64,000 nt of DNA from Histomonas meleagridis 2922-C6/04-290x (GCA_020184695.1 JAANOX010000081.1:266342-330341); one strand, 5' to 3'; counted from the stretch's first letter, positions 1 through 11,880 are shown. The notes: generated by a model not told the origin, from the letters alone. A program made the numbers and translations.

Positions 1-3000
1 TGGGCTGCTTATCAAGATTTACAACAAAAAATCGATAATTTCGTGGAAACTATGCCTTTATTACAACAATTATCTAATCCTGCAGTCCATGAATGTCATT
101 GGAAACAAATCATTGAAATAACAGGTTGTGAAATAGATACAGATCCTGATGTATTTCGACTTGGACATGTATTTAATGCAGGTTTATTAGAACATAAAGA
201 TGAAGTCGAAAGTATTTGTAGCGCTGCTATTGAAGAAGCTAAAATCTTTGCTAAACTTAAAGAAATTGAATCAGAATGGCAAACAACAGAATTTACATTT
301 GCTAACTTTAAAGATATGAAAGATGTATTATTAAAAGGAGCTGAAACTAATGAAATAGTTACCAAAATTGAAGATTCTGTTATTATATTATCATCATTAA
401 ATTCAAATCGTTTTGTAGGTAGATTTAAAAAAGAAGTTGAATTATGGATGAAAAAACTTACAACTTCAAGTTCTGTAATAGCAGAATGGTTACAAGTACA
501 ATCAATGTGGATATATTTAGAAGCAGTATTTAGTGGTGGTGATATTGCACGTTATATGACACATGAAACTAAAGCATTTTCACAAATTAATAAGAATTGG
601 TTAACTGTTATGAAGAATGCTAATGATATTAAAAATGTTATTTCTGTATGTTCAGGTGATGAAGGATTAAATAAATTATTTTCACATTTATTAGAACAAT
701 TACAAAAATGTCAAAAAGCTTTAGCAGGTTATATCGAGAAGAAACGTTCTGCATTTCCAAGGTTTTATTTTGTATCTGATCCAGTTATCTTAGAAATATT
801 AGGACAAGCTTCAAATCCTCAAGCAATTCAACCACATTTACAATCAATATTTGATAACTTAGTACATTTAGATTTCGATCAATTACAATTTAATAAAGTT
901 TTAGGATTCCAATCAGCAGAAGGTGAAAAAGTACAATTTACTAATCCATTTTTAGCTCAAGGTAATGTTGAAGTATGGTTAAATGATTTAGTCCAAAGAA
1001 TGAGACAAACTATTAGAGATATTTGTAGTGACATGTCACAACAAGTAATGAAATTTGATACTGAAAAATGGGTATATGGTAAATATCCTACACAAGTATT
1101 ACTTTTATCAATGATGATCTGGTGGACTGAAAAGACAGAAGATTCATTAAATAGAACAAATGGTAAAAATAAGAAAATATTAAATGAAACTTTACAAGAA
1201 TTCGAAAGTCGATTTAAAGAACTTATTAAAATCTCAGGAAGTTTAGATAAAACTGATAAACTTAAATCTTTACATGTCGAAGTATTAATTACATTATTTT
1301 TACATAACTTAGAAATTTATCGACAATTAATTCAATCCGGTATTACATCTTCAAGACATTTTGATTGGCAAAAACAAATGCGTTATTATTGGCAAGTCGA
1401 AGGACGTAAATGTATAATATCTATAACAGATGTTGATCGAGAATATTCATATGAATATTTAGGTTGTACTTCACGTTTAGTAATTACACCATTAACTGAT
1501 CGATGTTATATTACATTAGCTCAAGCTTTAGGATTATCTATGGGTGGTTCACCTGCAGGTCCAGCAGGTACAGGTAAGACAGAAACAGTTAAAGATATGG
1601 CTAAAGCTTTAGGTATTATGTGTGTTGTCTTTAATTGTTCTGATCAAATGAATTATCAAGCATTAGGTCGAATCTTTAGAGGTTTAGCACAATCAGGTGT
1701 ATGGGGTGATTTTGATGAATTTAATCGTATAGAATTAGATGTATTATCAGTAGCAGCACAACAAGTTTCATGTATCTTTAATGCTTGTCGAGAACGTCAA
1801 CGAATGTTTAAATTTACTGATGGGAATTTAGTCGAATTAGATAATCGAGTTGGTATATTTATTACTATGAATCCTGGTTATGCAGGTCGTCAAGAATTAC
1901 CAGAAAACTTAAAAATACAATTTAGAATGGTAGCTATGATGGTACCAGATGTTCGATTAATCATGAAAGTTAAATTAGCTTCAAGTGGTTTTAGTAAGTA
2001 TGAAGAACTTTCAGATAAATTCGCATTATTATATCAATTATGTAGTGAACAATTATCAAAACAAGTACATTATGATTGGGGCTTAAGGAATATTTTAAGT
2101 GTTTTAAGGTTTTCTAAAGAAGTTCGATCTTCAATTATAGGTAATGTTAATGAACCACAATTATTAATGAAAGTATTACAAAATATGAACTTATCAAAAC
2201 TTGTTGATGATGATGAACCTTTATTTAAAGCTCTTTTATCAGATGTATTTACTGGTATTAATATTAATCCTTCAGTCCAAGAAATTAAAGAAATCATTAA
2301 AAATAAGGCTATTGAAGATGGATTAGAACCATTTAATGAATGGTTAAATAAAGTTATACAATTATATGAAACTTGTGAAGTTAGACATGGTATAATGATA
2401 TTAGGTAATTCAGGAAGTGGTAAAACTTCTATTATTAAAACATTAGTTAAAAGTTTATGTGAATTTAATGGTCCACATAAATTAATTAAAATGAATCCAA
2501 AAGCTATTACATCATCACAAATGTTTGGTATTTTAGATCCTTCTTCTAATGATTGGACTGATGGAATCTTTTCTGCTTTATGGAGAATAGCTTGTAAGAA
2601 AACTAATGAAAATGTTTGGATAGAATTAGATGGTCCTGTAGATGCTATATGGATAGAAAACTTAAATTCTGTTTTAGATGATAATAAAACTTTAACTTTA
2701 GCGAATGGTGATAGATTACCTATGCCTAACACTGTTAAATTATTATTTGAAGTATCTTCATTAGATAACGCTTCTCCTGCTACTGTATCACGTGCAGGTA
2801 TGATTTATGTCCCTGCTCATATATTAGGTTGGAAACCTTTAGCTCAAGCTTGGATACAACGAATTAAGAAAAATATAATTGGACAAAAAGAAGAAATCGA
2901 AATTTTAATGAAAGAATATCCGAATTTAATTAATTCTTTAGAAAAAGTATTTAATTTTATACCTAAGAATTTACAATTTATTATGAAAACTTCAGAAGTA

Positions 3001-6000
3001 CAAATTATTACAACTTTATTAGATTTATTTGAATCATTAATTACTAATAAAGATGATGATGGTTATGGTAAATTAATTATTACTAATCCTGAATTATTAA
3101 GGAAATTAATGATATTTTCTACAATTTGGTCAATTGGTGGATTTATAGATAATGAAAATCGTATTAAATTATCGAAATTTATATGTAAAGAAAATGTTAA
3201 TTTATTACCAAATGATATTAATCAAGATAAAATATTTAATTATGTTGTCGATGTCGAAAAAGGTGATTGGATTAATTGGGAAACTTGTATTAAAGATTAT
3301 AATTATCCTATTAAAGGTGAAACACCTGAATTTTCTACAATATTAATACCTACAATTGAAAACACACAAATTGAATATTTATTAAAACTATTATCTAATA
3401 ATAATAAATCTTGTTTATTATTTGGTGATTCAGGTACAGCTAAAACAGCTACAATTAATTCATTTTTAAAGTCATTTAATAAAGATAAATGGACCACTAA
3501 AACATTTAATTTCTCTTCTGCTACTACACCTTATTTATTCCAAACTTCAATACAATCTATAGTAGAAAAAACTATTGGTTCTACTTATGGACCAATTGGA
3601 GGTAAACGAATGGAAGTATTTATTGATGATATTTCTATGCCATTAATTAATGAATGGGGTGATCAAGTTACTAATGAAATCGTACGACAATTAATGGAAG
3701 AACATGGATTTTATTCATTAGAAAAACCAGGAGAATTTATTACTATCATTAAAACACAATTTTTAGCTGCAATGTGTACACCTGGAGGAGGTAGAAATGA
3801 TATTCCAAGTCGATTAAAACGACATTTTAATATCTTTTATTATACAATGCCTGATTCTAATTCAATTGAACGAATATATTCAACAATATTAAAAGGGTAT
3901 TTTACTAATGAACGAGGATTTTCAAATCAAATCATTAGTTTAATTGATAATTGTGTTAAATCAATTTATGATGTATGGACTCAAACTAAACAAAAAATGT
4001 TACCAACACCAACTAAATTCCATTATGTATTTAATTTAAGAGATTTATCTCGTGTAACTCAAGGTATTATTCAAGCTACACCTCAAACTATTAATAATTC
4101 GGAATTATTTGTTTCTTTATTTGCACATGAATGTATGAGAGTTTTTAATGATAAATTCATTAATAATGATGATAAAAATTGGTTTTATAATACATTAATT
4201 AAAATTGGTGTCGAAAACTTTGGTGAAAATTATGAAAATGTATTAAGTGAATCAAATAAAACTTTATTCTGTTCATTTATGTCTGATATTGATTATACAC
4301 AATATGAAGATATTGATGATAATTTAATACCACGATTATATGAAAAAGTAAATACTTTTGATGCATTAAATCAACGTTGTATCGAATTTATGAAACAACA
4401 TAATTCTAAACCTAATACTAAAGGTCAAAAATTAGATTTAGTCTTATTTGATGATGCTATGAATCATTTAATACGTATTTCACGTATTATTGGATTACCT
4501 TATGGACATGCTTTATTAGTAGGTGTAGGAGGTTCAGGTAAACAATCATTAACTAAATTAGCTTCAACTATTTTAGGATATACTATATTCCAAATATCAC
4601 CTGGACGAAATTATAATACAAATGATTTCTTATCTGATATTCGAGATTTATATCGTAGAACAGGTGTACAAAATAAACCTACGACATTTATATTTACTGA
4701 TAATGAAGTTAAACAAGAATCATTTTTAGAATATATTAATAATATGTTAACTACTGGTGAAATAGCTAATTTATTTACACGTGATAATTATGAAACTTTA
4801 ATGAGTGATTTACGACAAATATTTTATAAAGAAAAAAGAAATGAAGTTGATACTGATGAAAATGTTTGGGATTTCTTTATAAAAAGAGTTAAACGGAATT
4901 TACATATAGTATTATGTTTTTCACCAGTAGGTGAACAATTTAGACAACGTAACTTAAAGTTCCCAGGATTATTTAATTGTTGTACTATCGATTGGTTTAC
5001 ACATTGGCCTCATCAAGGTTTAGTATCAGTAGCTTATAATTTCATATCTTCTATTAATATAGTAACATCACAAAATAATGATATTAAAGATAATTTAAGT
5101 GAATGTTTTGCTGATATTCATGAATCAGTAAATGAAAGTTGTGAAGATTATTTCTCTAGATTTAGAAGAAGAACTTTTGTTACTCCTAAATCTTATTTAT
5201 CATTCTTAAATTCATTTAAATCTTTATATAATTCACAATTAACTAAAATACAAAATGATGCTTCAAGAATGAAAGAAGGTTTAGAAAAGATTCGTGAAGC
5301 TAAAGATCAAGTAGCTATAATGAAAGGAGAACTTGTTGAACAAGAAAATCAATTATCAATAGCACAACAACATGCACAACAAATGTTAGAAGGTTTAACT
5401 GTTAAAAGAAATGAAGCAGAGAATCAAAGACAAGAAGTCCAATTAATTAAAGAAGAACAACAAAAAGAAGCCGAGAAAATTAAGAAGATTCAAGAAGAAG
5501 CTCAACATGAATTAGAATTAGCTGAACCTGCATTACAAAGAGCTACTGCAGCATTAAATTCAATATATCCAAATGATATTACTGAAATTGCAGGTTATGC
5601 AAGTCCACCACAATTATTAAAGCGTATAATTGATGGTGTATCTATTTTAAGATATATGAAATTAGATCCTTATCAAGCAGAAATACAAAAATGTAAAACT
5701 CATGATGGAGAAGTCGAGTTTAATTCTATTGTACCTTCTTGGACAGGTTTAGGTCAAGTAATGTTAAAATCTTCAGACTTTTTAAAGTCATTAAAGACTT
5801 ATAACTTAGAATTCATTAATGAAGAAATGTGTGATTTATTACAACCTTATTTAAGAATGGCTGATTTTAACCCACAAATTGCTGCTTCTTCTTCAAATGC
5901 TGCTGCAGGTCTTTGTGCTTGGGTACGTAATATGGTTGAATATCATGAAGTAGAGAAAGTAGTCCGACCTAAGAAATTAGCAGCTGCTACAGCACAAGCT

Positions 6001-9000
6001 AATTTAGAACGTGCTCAATTAGAATTAGCTACAATCGAAGCACAATTAGCAGAAAAAGAAAAAGCATTAGAAGAATTACAAAAAGCTTATGATGATGCTA
6101 TATTACAACAACAAAAGTTTAAGATTCAAGCCGAAAATACACAAAAGAAATTACATTCAGCACAAAATTTAATTGAAGCATTATCAGGAGAAAAGACTCG
6201 ATGGGAAAATGAAGCAGAAACATTAAATGATTCAATCTATAAGACTATAGGTAATGCTATTATTGGTAGTGCCTTTAATTCATATTGTGGAATGTTTAAT
6301 CATATATTTAGAAGAACTTTCTTAAATGAGAAATGGCCTAATTTATTAAGTTTACATACAATACCATTTGATTCTACATTAAATATTATATCATTATTTA
6401 CAAATGAAGCTATTTTAGATCAATGGCAATTACAAGGATTACCATCAGATGAATTATCACGTCAAAATGGTATAGTATGTACTAATGCACCAACTTATCC
6501 ATTCTTAATTGATCCTCAAGGTCAAGCACATCGTTGGATTATTCAACGACATAAAAATGATCATTTAGTTATTACAAGTTTTGAAAATCGACATTTTAAG
6601 ATACATGTTGAAAACGCTATACAAAATGGTTATCCTTTATTAATTGAAGATTGTGGTGAAGAAATTGATCCTTTACTTGATAATGTATTAGCTAAGAATT
6701 ATATTAAATCTGGTAAATATACACAAGTATCTTTAGGTGGGAGAGAAGTTACTATGGAAGAAGGTTTTACTTTATATTTAACTACTAAATTACCAAATCC
6801 AAAGTTTTCACCTGAAACATTTGCTAAAACAGCAGTCATCGAATTCTCTGTGACACAATTTGGGTTAGAAGAACAATTATTAAATTTGGTGATATTACGA
6901 GAGAAAGAAAACTTAGAAAATGAAAGACAACGACTTTTAGAACAAGTTGCAGAATTAAGAAAGACTTTAATTGATTTAGAGAATTTACTTTTAGAACAAT
7001 TACGTTCTTCTGAAGGTAACTTATTAGAAAACACTACATTAATTACTACTTTAGCTTCAACAAAACAAAAATCACAAGAAAATAAAGAAAGTTTAAACTC
7101 TGCAATGGAAACAAATCAAAAGATCACAAAATCGAGAGAAGATTATCGACCAGTTGCTATTCGAGGAGCAGTAATATATTTCTTAATACAAGAAATGTCA
7201 TTAGTTAACCCTATGTATCAAGTTTCATTAGATCAATTTTTAAATAAATTTTATGAATCGATTGAAAAAGCAGAACCTGATAACTTCCCTAAGAAACGTA
7301 TTGAAAACATTATTAATACATTAACAGAAACTTGTTGGGCTTATATTATTCGAGGTTTATATGAGAAAGATAAATTATTATTCTGTTTACAATTAGCTTT
7401 AAAGATTGAAATGTCATTACCACCTGAACAAAATCCAATTGATTTTAATGATTATCAAACATTTATTAAAGCTGGTTCTATATTAACAGGTAATGTAACA
7501 ATTGATGAACAATTACCAGAAATATTTGAACCTGTTCGTGATAATATTATTGCGTTAAGTAAATTAAATTCATTACGTGGATTTATTTCACATATATCAA
7601 GTTCACCTTTAGAATGGACAAAATTAATGACATCTCAAACACCTGAAAATGATCCATTACCTAATTTCGGACAAACTAAACAAGAAGATGTTAAACCATT
7701 CATACGTGCAATAATAATTCGATGTTTAAGACCTGATAGAGCTATAGCAGCATCACAAAATTATATACAACAATTCTTAGGTAAACAATATATGGAATTC
7801 CCATCAATATCTATCGATGATATAGCTGTCGAAGCAGGTAATAAGTCACCAATTATATTCTTATTATCACCTGGCGCTGATCCTACTCCATTAGTAGAAG
7901 AAGCTGCACGTAAAGCTAAACAAACATTAAATACAATATCTATGGGTCAAGGAAGAGAAGAATTTGCTGAGAACTTTATTAATCAATCGAAACATAAAGG
8001 CGAATGGGTTTTATTACAAAATTGTCATTTAGGATTAAAATATATGGAAACATTATTTGAGAAATATAAATCAGATCAAATTAATGAATCTAAACCAGAA
8101 AATAACACTACAAATAATAATGAAAATAAAAATAACAATAATAATAATAATAAAGAACAACAAAATAAAGTTACTAATCCAAATTATAGATTATGGATTA
8201 CAACTGAAGTACATCCAAAATTCCCAATTTCTTTATTACAATTATCTATAAAACTTACGAATGAACCACCCGCTGGTGCTAGAGCTTCAATGAAAAGAAC
8301 TTTATCTTCAATAACTCAACAAATGATAGATACTATGGAAACTAGTGAATGGCATCGTCTAATTTATATCTTGTCATTCTTTAATACTACTGTACAAGAA
8401 CGTCGTAAATTCGGCCCTTTAGGTTGGTGTATTCCTTATGAATTTAACGTTTCTGATTTTAGTGCATCGCTATCGTTTATGGCAAGTCAAATCACGGAGG
8501 CCGTTAAGACGTCAAAAGGTTATTTCGAAGAGTCATTTTGGCAGACGATACGATATGGAATATGTGAAATTCATTACGGAGGACGTGTTACTGATGAATT
8601 AGATCGAAGATTAATTAGAACTATCGGAGAACATTACTTTAATAATCAAAGAGTGTTCCCAAGTAATAATGAAACAAATAGTTTCGATGGACCACCAAAA
8701 CATGAATATTTGATTTATGATTGTTCACAAGTTTCACAATTTATCGAAAAGGCTAATGAAATACCACAAAATGATCCTCCTGATATCTTTGGTTTACATT
8801 CTTTGGCAGATGTTAAACTTCGTCGAGATCAAGCTAATGAGATCTTCCAAAAGATTATTGATATACAACCCAAAGAAAGCTCAATAGGTGGCCTAACACG
8901 AGAGTCTGTTGTCTTACAAAAAATCCATGATTTATTACCATTAGTTCCAGAAGATTTCGATATGGATCATGTTCGTAGTCAAGTCGAACTACGCAAATTC

Positions 9001-9810
9001 AAGCCACTTGACATCTGTTGCAAGCAAGAGATCGAACGTATGCAAATAGTATTGAACACATTACGATCTACATTAACAGATTTAGAATTAGCTATTGATG
9101 GCTCAATCGTAATGAACGATTTATTATATAACTCTATGAACTCATTATATGATGGCCGAATCCCACAACATTGGCGAAAGATCTCATGGTCAGCAAACAG
9201 CTTAAAAGATTGGTTCGATCAAGTCAAACTTCGCTATGACCAATATAACAAATGGATCGACAATGGCAAAGTCGATGCGTATTGGCTTGGCGGCATGTTC
9301 AATCCTGCCGGCTTCCTCACATCGCTCCGGCAAGAAACATGTCGCGTTGAGCATTGGTCATTAGATCAAACATTTCTCATGTCAGAAGTGCAAAGTCCAA
9401 CACGAAACAATAATAATAATAATAACAATAGTAGTGACAAAGATAACAGGTTCATATTCATTAAGGGATTATACTTAGAAGGAGCGCGTTGGGGTAAAGC
9501 ACAAGGAAATAATAACCAAAGCGGCGCTTGGGGACTCACTGAGTTACTGACATCGACAGGAAGAGGTAAAACAGGGAAACTGGTCACCGACTTAAGGAAC
9601 GAAATGCCGCTAATTAAGTTGTGGACAGTGAAAAGAGATAACAATAATAAGGAAATCACATTCAGAACGGACAGCGACACATACGTATGCCCCGTGTACT
9701 CGAGCACGCAAAGAACTGACCAGAACTACGTGTTCAGCCTCCCGCTCAAGTCATTGAACAATAAGGCAAAGCACTGGGTGCTGCGCGGAGTGTGCATGAC
9801 AACAGTTTAG
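1..9810 (+). CDS. Axonemal dynein heavy chain, outer-arm gamma type (DNAH5/8-like), 5'-partial
   Basis: The frame is open from base 1 (WAAYQDLQQKID...) to TAG at 9808-9810. It has AAA1 P-loop GPAGTGKT, AAA2 GNSGSGKT, AAA3 GDSGTAKT, AAA4 GVGGSGKQ, a coiled-coil stalk and a C-terminal domain. The motif LDPSSNDWTDGIFSALWR resembles DNAH5/8. There are no interruptions in 9.8 kb. Confidence 0.96.
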   Translation, partial: WAAYQDLQQKIDNFVETMPLLQQLSNPAVHECHWKQIIEITGCEIDTDPDVFRLGHVFNAGLLEHKDEVESICSAAIEEAKIFAKLKEIESEWQTTEFTFANFKDMKDVLLKGAETNEIVTKIEDSVIILSSLNSNRFVGRFKKEVELWMKKLTTSSSVIAEWLQVQSMWIYLEAVFSGGDIARYMTHETKAFSQINKNWLTVMKNANDIKNVISVCSGDEGLNKLFSHLLEQLQKCQKALAGYIEKKRSAFPRFYFVSDPVILEILGQASNPQAIQPHLQSIFDNLVHLDFDQLQFNKVLGFQSAEGEKVQFTNPFLAQGNVEVWLNDLVQRMRQTIRDICSDMSQQVMKFDTEKWVYGKYPTQVLLLSMMIWWTEKTEDSLNRTNGKNKKILNETLQEFESRFKELIKISGSLDKTDKLKSLHVEVLITLFLHNLEIYRQLIQSGITSSRHFDWQKQMRYYWQVEGRKCIISITDVDREYSYEYLGCTSRLVITPLTDRCYITLAQALGLSMGGSPAGPAGTGKTETVKDMAKALGIMCVVFNCSDQMNYQALGRIFRGLAQSGVWGDFDEFNRIELDVLSVAAQQVSCIFNACRERQRMFKFTDGNLVELDNRVGIFITMNPGYAGRQELPENLKIQFRMVAMMVPDVRLIMKVKLASSGFSKYEELSDKFALLYQLCSEQLSKQVHYDWGLRNILSVLRFSKEVRSSIIGNVNEPQLLMKVLQNMNLSKLVDDDEPLFKALLSDVFTGININPSVQEIKEIIKNKAIEDGLEPFNEWLNKVIQLYETCEVRHGIMILGNSGSGKTSIIKTLVKSLCEFNGPHKLIKMNPKAITSSQMFGILDPSSNDWTDGIFSALWRIACKKTNENVWIELDGPVDAIWIENLNSVLDDNKTLTLANGDRLPMPNTVKLLFEVSSLDNASPATVSRAGMIYVPAHILGWKPLAQAWIQRIKKNIIGQKEEIEILMKEYPNLINSLEKVFNFIPKNLQFIMKTSEVQIITTLLDLFESLITNKDDDGYGKLIITNPELLRKLMIFSTIWSIGGFIDNENRIKLSKFICKENVNLLPNDINQDKIFNYVVDVEKGDWINWETCIKDYNYPIKGETPEFSTILIPTIENTQIEYLLKLLSNNNKSCLLFGDSGTAKTATINSFLKSFNKDKWTTKTFNFSSATTPYLFQTSIQSIVEKTIGSTYGPIGGKRMEVFIDDISMPLINEWGDQVTNEIVRQLMEEHGFYSLEKPGEFITIIKTQFLAAMCTPGGGRNDIPSRLKRHFNIFYYTMPDSNSIERIYSTILKGYFTNERGFSNQIISLIDNCVKSIYDVWTQTKQKMLPTPTKFHYVFNLRDLSRVTQGIIQATPQTINNSELFVSLFAHECMRVFNDKFINNDDKNWFYNTLIKIGVENFGENYENVLSESNKTLFCSFMSDIDYTQYEDIDDNLIPRLYEKVNTFDALNQRCIEFMKQHNSKPNTKGQKLDLVLFDDAMNHLIRISRIIGLPYGHALLVGVGGSGKQSLTKLASTILGYTIFQISPGRNYNTNDFLSDIRDLYRRTGVQNKPTTFIFTDNEVKQESFLEYINNMLTTGEIANLFTRDNYETLMSDLRQIFYKEKRNEVDTDENVWDFFIKRVKRNLHIVLCFSPVGEQFRQRNLKFPGLFNCCTIDWFTHWPHQGLVSVAYNFISSINIVTSQNNDIKDNLSECFADIHESVNESCEDYFSRFRRRTFVTPKSYLSFLNSFKSLYNSQLTKIQNDASRMKEGLEKIREAKDQVAIMKGELVEQENQLSIAQQHAQQMLEGLTVKRNEAENQRQEVQLIKEEQQKEAEKIKKIQEEAQHELELAEPALQRATAALNSIYPNDITEIAGYASPPQLLKRIIDGVSILRYMKLDPYQAEIQKCKTHDGEVEFNSIVPSWTGLGQVMLKSSDFLKSLKTYNLEFINEEMCDLLQPYLRMADFNPQIAASSSNAAAGLCAWVRNMVEYHEVEKVVRPKKLAAATAQANLERAQLELATIEAQLAEKEKALEELQKAYDDAILQQQKFKIQAENTQKKLHSAQNLIEALSGEKTRWENEAETLNDSIYKTIGNAIIGSAFNSYCGMFNHIFRRTFLNEKWPNLLSLHTIPFDSTLNIISLFTNEAILDQWQLQGLPSDELSRQNGIVCTNAPTYPFLIDPQGQAHRWIIQRHKNDHLVITSFENRHFKIHVENAIQNGYPLLIEDCGEEIDPLLDNVLAKNYIKSGKYTQVSLGGREVTMEEGFTLYLTTKLPNPKFSPETFAKTAVIEFSVTQFGLEEQLLNLVILREKENLENERQRLLEQVAELRKTLIDLENLLLEQLRSSEGNLLENTTLITTLASTKQKSQENKESLNSAMETNQKITKSREDYRPVAIRGAVIYFLIQEMSLVNPMYQVSLDQFLNKFYESIEKAEPDNFPKKRIENIINTLTETCWAYIIRGLYEKDKLLFCLQLALKIEMSLPPEQNPIDFNDYQTFIKAGSILTGNVTIDEQLPEIFEPVRDNIIALSKLNSLRGFISHISSSPLEWTKLMTSQTPENDPLPNFGQTKQEDVKPFIRAIIIRCLRPDRAIAASQNYIQQFLGKQYMEFPSISIDDIAVEAGNKSPIIFLLSPGADPTPLVEEAARKAKQTLNTISMGQGREEFAENFINQSKHKGEWVLLQNCHLGLKYMETLFEKYKSDQINESKPENNTTNNNENKNNNNNNNKEQQNKVTNPNYRLWITTEVHPKFPISLLQLSIKLTNEPPAGARASMKRTLSSITQQMIDTMETSEWHRLIYILSFFNTTVQERRKFGPLGWCIPYEFNVSDFSASLSFMASQITEAVKTSKGYFEESFWQTIRYGICEIHYGGRVTDELDRRLIRTIGEHYFNNQRVFPSNNETNSFDGPPKHEYLIYDCSQVSQFIEKANEIPQNDPPDIFGLHSLADVKLRRDQANEIFQKIIDIQPKESSIGGLTRESVVLQKIHDLLPLVPEDFDMDHVRSQVELRKFKPLDICCKQEIERMQIVLNTLRSTLTDLELAIDGSIVMNDLLYNSMNSLYDGRIPQHWRKISWSANSLKDWFDQVKLRYDQYNKWIDNGKVDAYWLGGMFNPAGFLTSLRQETCRVEHWSLDQTFLMSEVQSPTRNNNNNNNNSSDKDNRFIFIKGLYLEGARWGKAQGNNNQSGAWGLTELLTSTGRGKTGKLVTDLRNEMPLIKLWTVKRDNNNKEITFRTDSDTYVCPVYSSTQRTDQNYVFSLPLKSLNNKAKHWVLRGVCMTTV

Positions 9811-9910
9811 TAAAGTGATACTTTATGAAGTAATGCAAATCGAAATTTTTGATGAACTGTAATGCGAAGTAATTAATTGACAAATTACTGATGAATGTTT
9901 ACTCTATTGA

Positions 9911-10430
9911 AAAAAATGAGTGTGTCATCAAGAAAATGAGTGTGTTATCAAGAAAATGAGTATGTTATCAAGAAAATGAGTATGTTATCAAGAAAATGAG
10001 TATGTTATCAAGAAAATGAGTATGTTATCAAGAAAATGAGTGTGTTATCAAGAAAATGAGTATGTTATCAAGAAAATGAGTATGTTATCAAGAAAATGAG
10101 TATGTTATCAAGAAAATGAGTATGTTATCAAGAAAATGAGTGTGTTATCAAGAAAATGAGTATGTTATCAAGAAAATGAGTATGTTATCAAGAAAATGAG
10201 TATGTTATCAAGAAAATGAGTATGTTATCAAGAAAATGAGTATGTTATCAAGAAAATGAGTGTGTTATCAAGAAAATGAGTATGTCATCAAGAAAATGAG
10301 TATGTTATCAAGAAAATGAGTATGTTATCAAGAAAATGAGTGTGTTATCAAGAAAATGAGTATGTTATCAAGAAAATGAGTATGTTATCAAGAAAATGAG
10401 TGTGTTATCAAGAAAATGAGTATGTTATCA
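9911..10430. repeat. Tandem minisatellite, 26 x 20 nt (AGAAAATGAGT[A/G]TGTTATCA)
   Basis: Directly visible near-perfect 20-nt units with only A/G and T/C variants. Each unit contains TGA, so it is non-coding. Confidence 0.97.
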
Positions 10431-11570
10431 AGATAATCTTATTAAAACCCTGTTGAAAATCTTCTTAAATTATATTTAACCTAGAAATTCAAGAACTTTA
10501 ATATCGACATTTACTAACAAAAAGATATTGATATCAATCAGCCGCAGTTCAAGTGCTTGTTCATCAGATGCAATACCACTAAATGTAGCAAACCAGATTT
10601 TGCAAGTGAAATAAGTTTTTTAAATAATATAAAAATTTATCCAATTTCAAAAGATTCAACAACTCGTACGATAATTCATATTCACTGCCAATTTGTTTGC
10701 AGCGGTCAAGGATGCTGTATTACTACACCTAATTCACCAGCTCCTAATTCATGAATTATGGCATATGGTACAAAATGTAATTATTCATCAGATTCACATG
10801 AATTCTCTTACACTTATGGACTGCGACATGTTAACTTCAAACACGCCACTTCCTTTTCCTGGAATTACACATGATATTTCAATAAACTTGAAACTTTGGG
10901 AGCAAGCAACTTGCCTTCTAGAACTATACCAATCATCATAACGATTCAATGCCACTCATTCAAAAGTTTGTTGTCATCATCTTTTTCTCCAAACTTACAG
11001 CAGAGACAGCAACAAAGCATTTTCTTTAACTTTATTGCTTTATTCCTCCTGTTCCATCATAGAATACCAATAAAACATATCAACGAAATCACTCAGCAAC
11101 AAAATGATTTTTCGAAAATAACTATTAAGTTTCTGACGCTTATTGACTTAACTTGGCATTGATTTATTGCGCCTTATAAAATCTATGACAATAATCAAAT
11201 GCATTATGATTAATGACACCTTATCATTATTACTATTAATTAAATTATTTGGATGAATGAATTTTATGGAAGTTGGACGAATATTATCTACAACATTGTT
11301 GTAGCATTCGTTGGGAATGCATATGGTGATCATTTTGATGATAAATTGCATTTTAATTGGCATGAAGATGATATATATTATTTCCAAAGATTTTTCTCAT
11401 CGAAACTCTAATGACAACAACCAACAAACACTTGCTCCAATATATTTTGGTGTGTCTTTAGTGTTGTACAAATAACCAGAATTATCATTTCAACTTCGAA
11501 CATTTTCATTTGTGCCAAGTGAAATACGAATAAGCATGACATACTATAGGTAAAAGCACTAAAAATTAAA

Positions 11571-11795
11571 ATGTCATGGGGAGGCGACGATTGGGGAGCA
11601 CCACATGCTGGAACGTGGGGTTATGATAATGAGGCCGAAGTCAGGCAGAGTGGGCTAAAAAGCAATCAATCAAATGATTCGATGGATTGGGACCAACCTT
11701 ATAGCTCATTTCCTGGAACGCTTTTGGATTCGAATCCAACGACAGTTGAACCGCCTCCATCGATAAGTTCTGGAAAAAAGATGCTCATATTGTAG
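11571..11795 (+). CDS. Short hypothetical ORF (MSWGGDDWG...), possibly a gene fragment
   Basis: 74-aa ATG-initiated ORF with higher GC than its flanks. No recognised domain. Confidence 0.3.
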   Translation: MSWGGDDWGAPHAGTWGYDNEAEVRQSGLKSNQSNDSMDWDQPYSSFPGTLLDSNPTTVEPPPSISSGKKMLIL

Positions 11796-11880
11796 GTTCA
11801 GTTAAATAGATACCATGAACAAAAAGTTTTACTATTGGAAGCTGATCCTATAAAACGTGGTACTATGTGCACAACCAATA

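Noticed and set aside
8090-8170. Asn-rich tracts in dynein (also 9405-9430)
   Set aside because: In-frame low-complexity loop expansions, common in AT-rich genomes. They are not inserts of the 17-nt type.
9911-10430. CRISPR-like array (also considered for the 170-nt ankyrin periodicity)
   Set aside because: The minisatellite has no unique spacers, the ankyrin periodicity is protein-coding, and there are no cas genes in this eukaryotic context.
10420-10524. GTATGT in the repeat units plus ACTAACAAAAAG at 10513-10524, resembling a trichomonad spliceosomal intron
   Set aside because: There is no upstream exon or ORF to join, so it is probably chance. ACTAACAAACAG at 17734-17745 is likewise antisense to the end of the ankyrin gene.
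10470-11420. Long frame with two TGA interruptions (10557-11162) and a further short frame to about 11410
   Set aside because: Looks like a degenerate coding remnant, but no family is recognised and no 17-nt inserts explain the stops.
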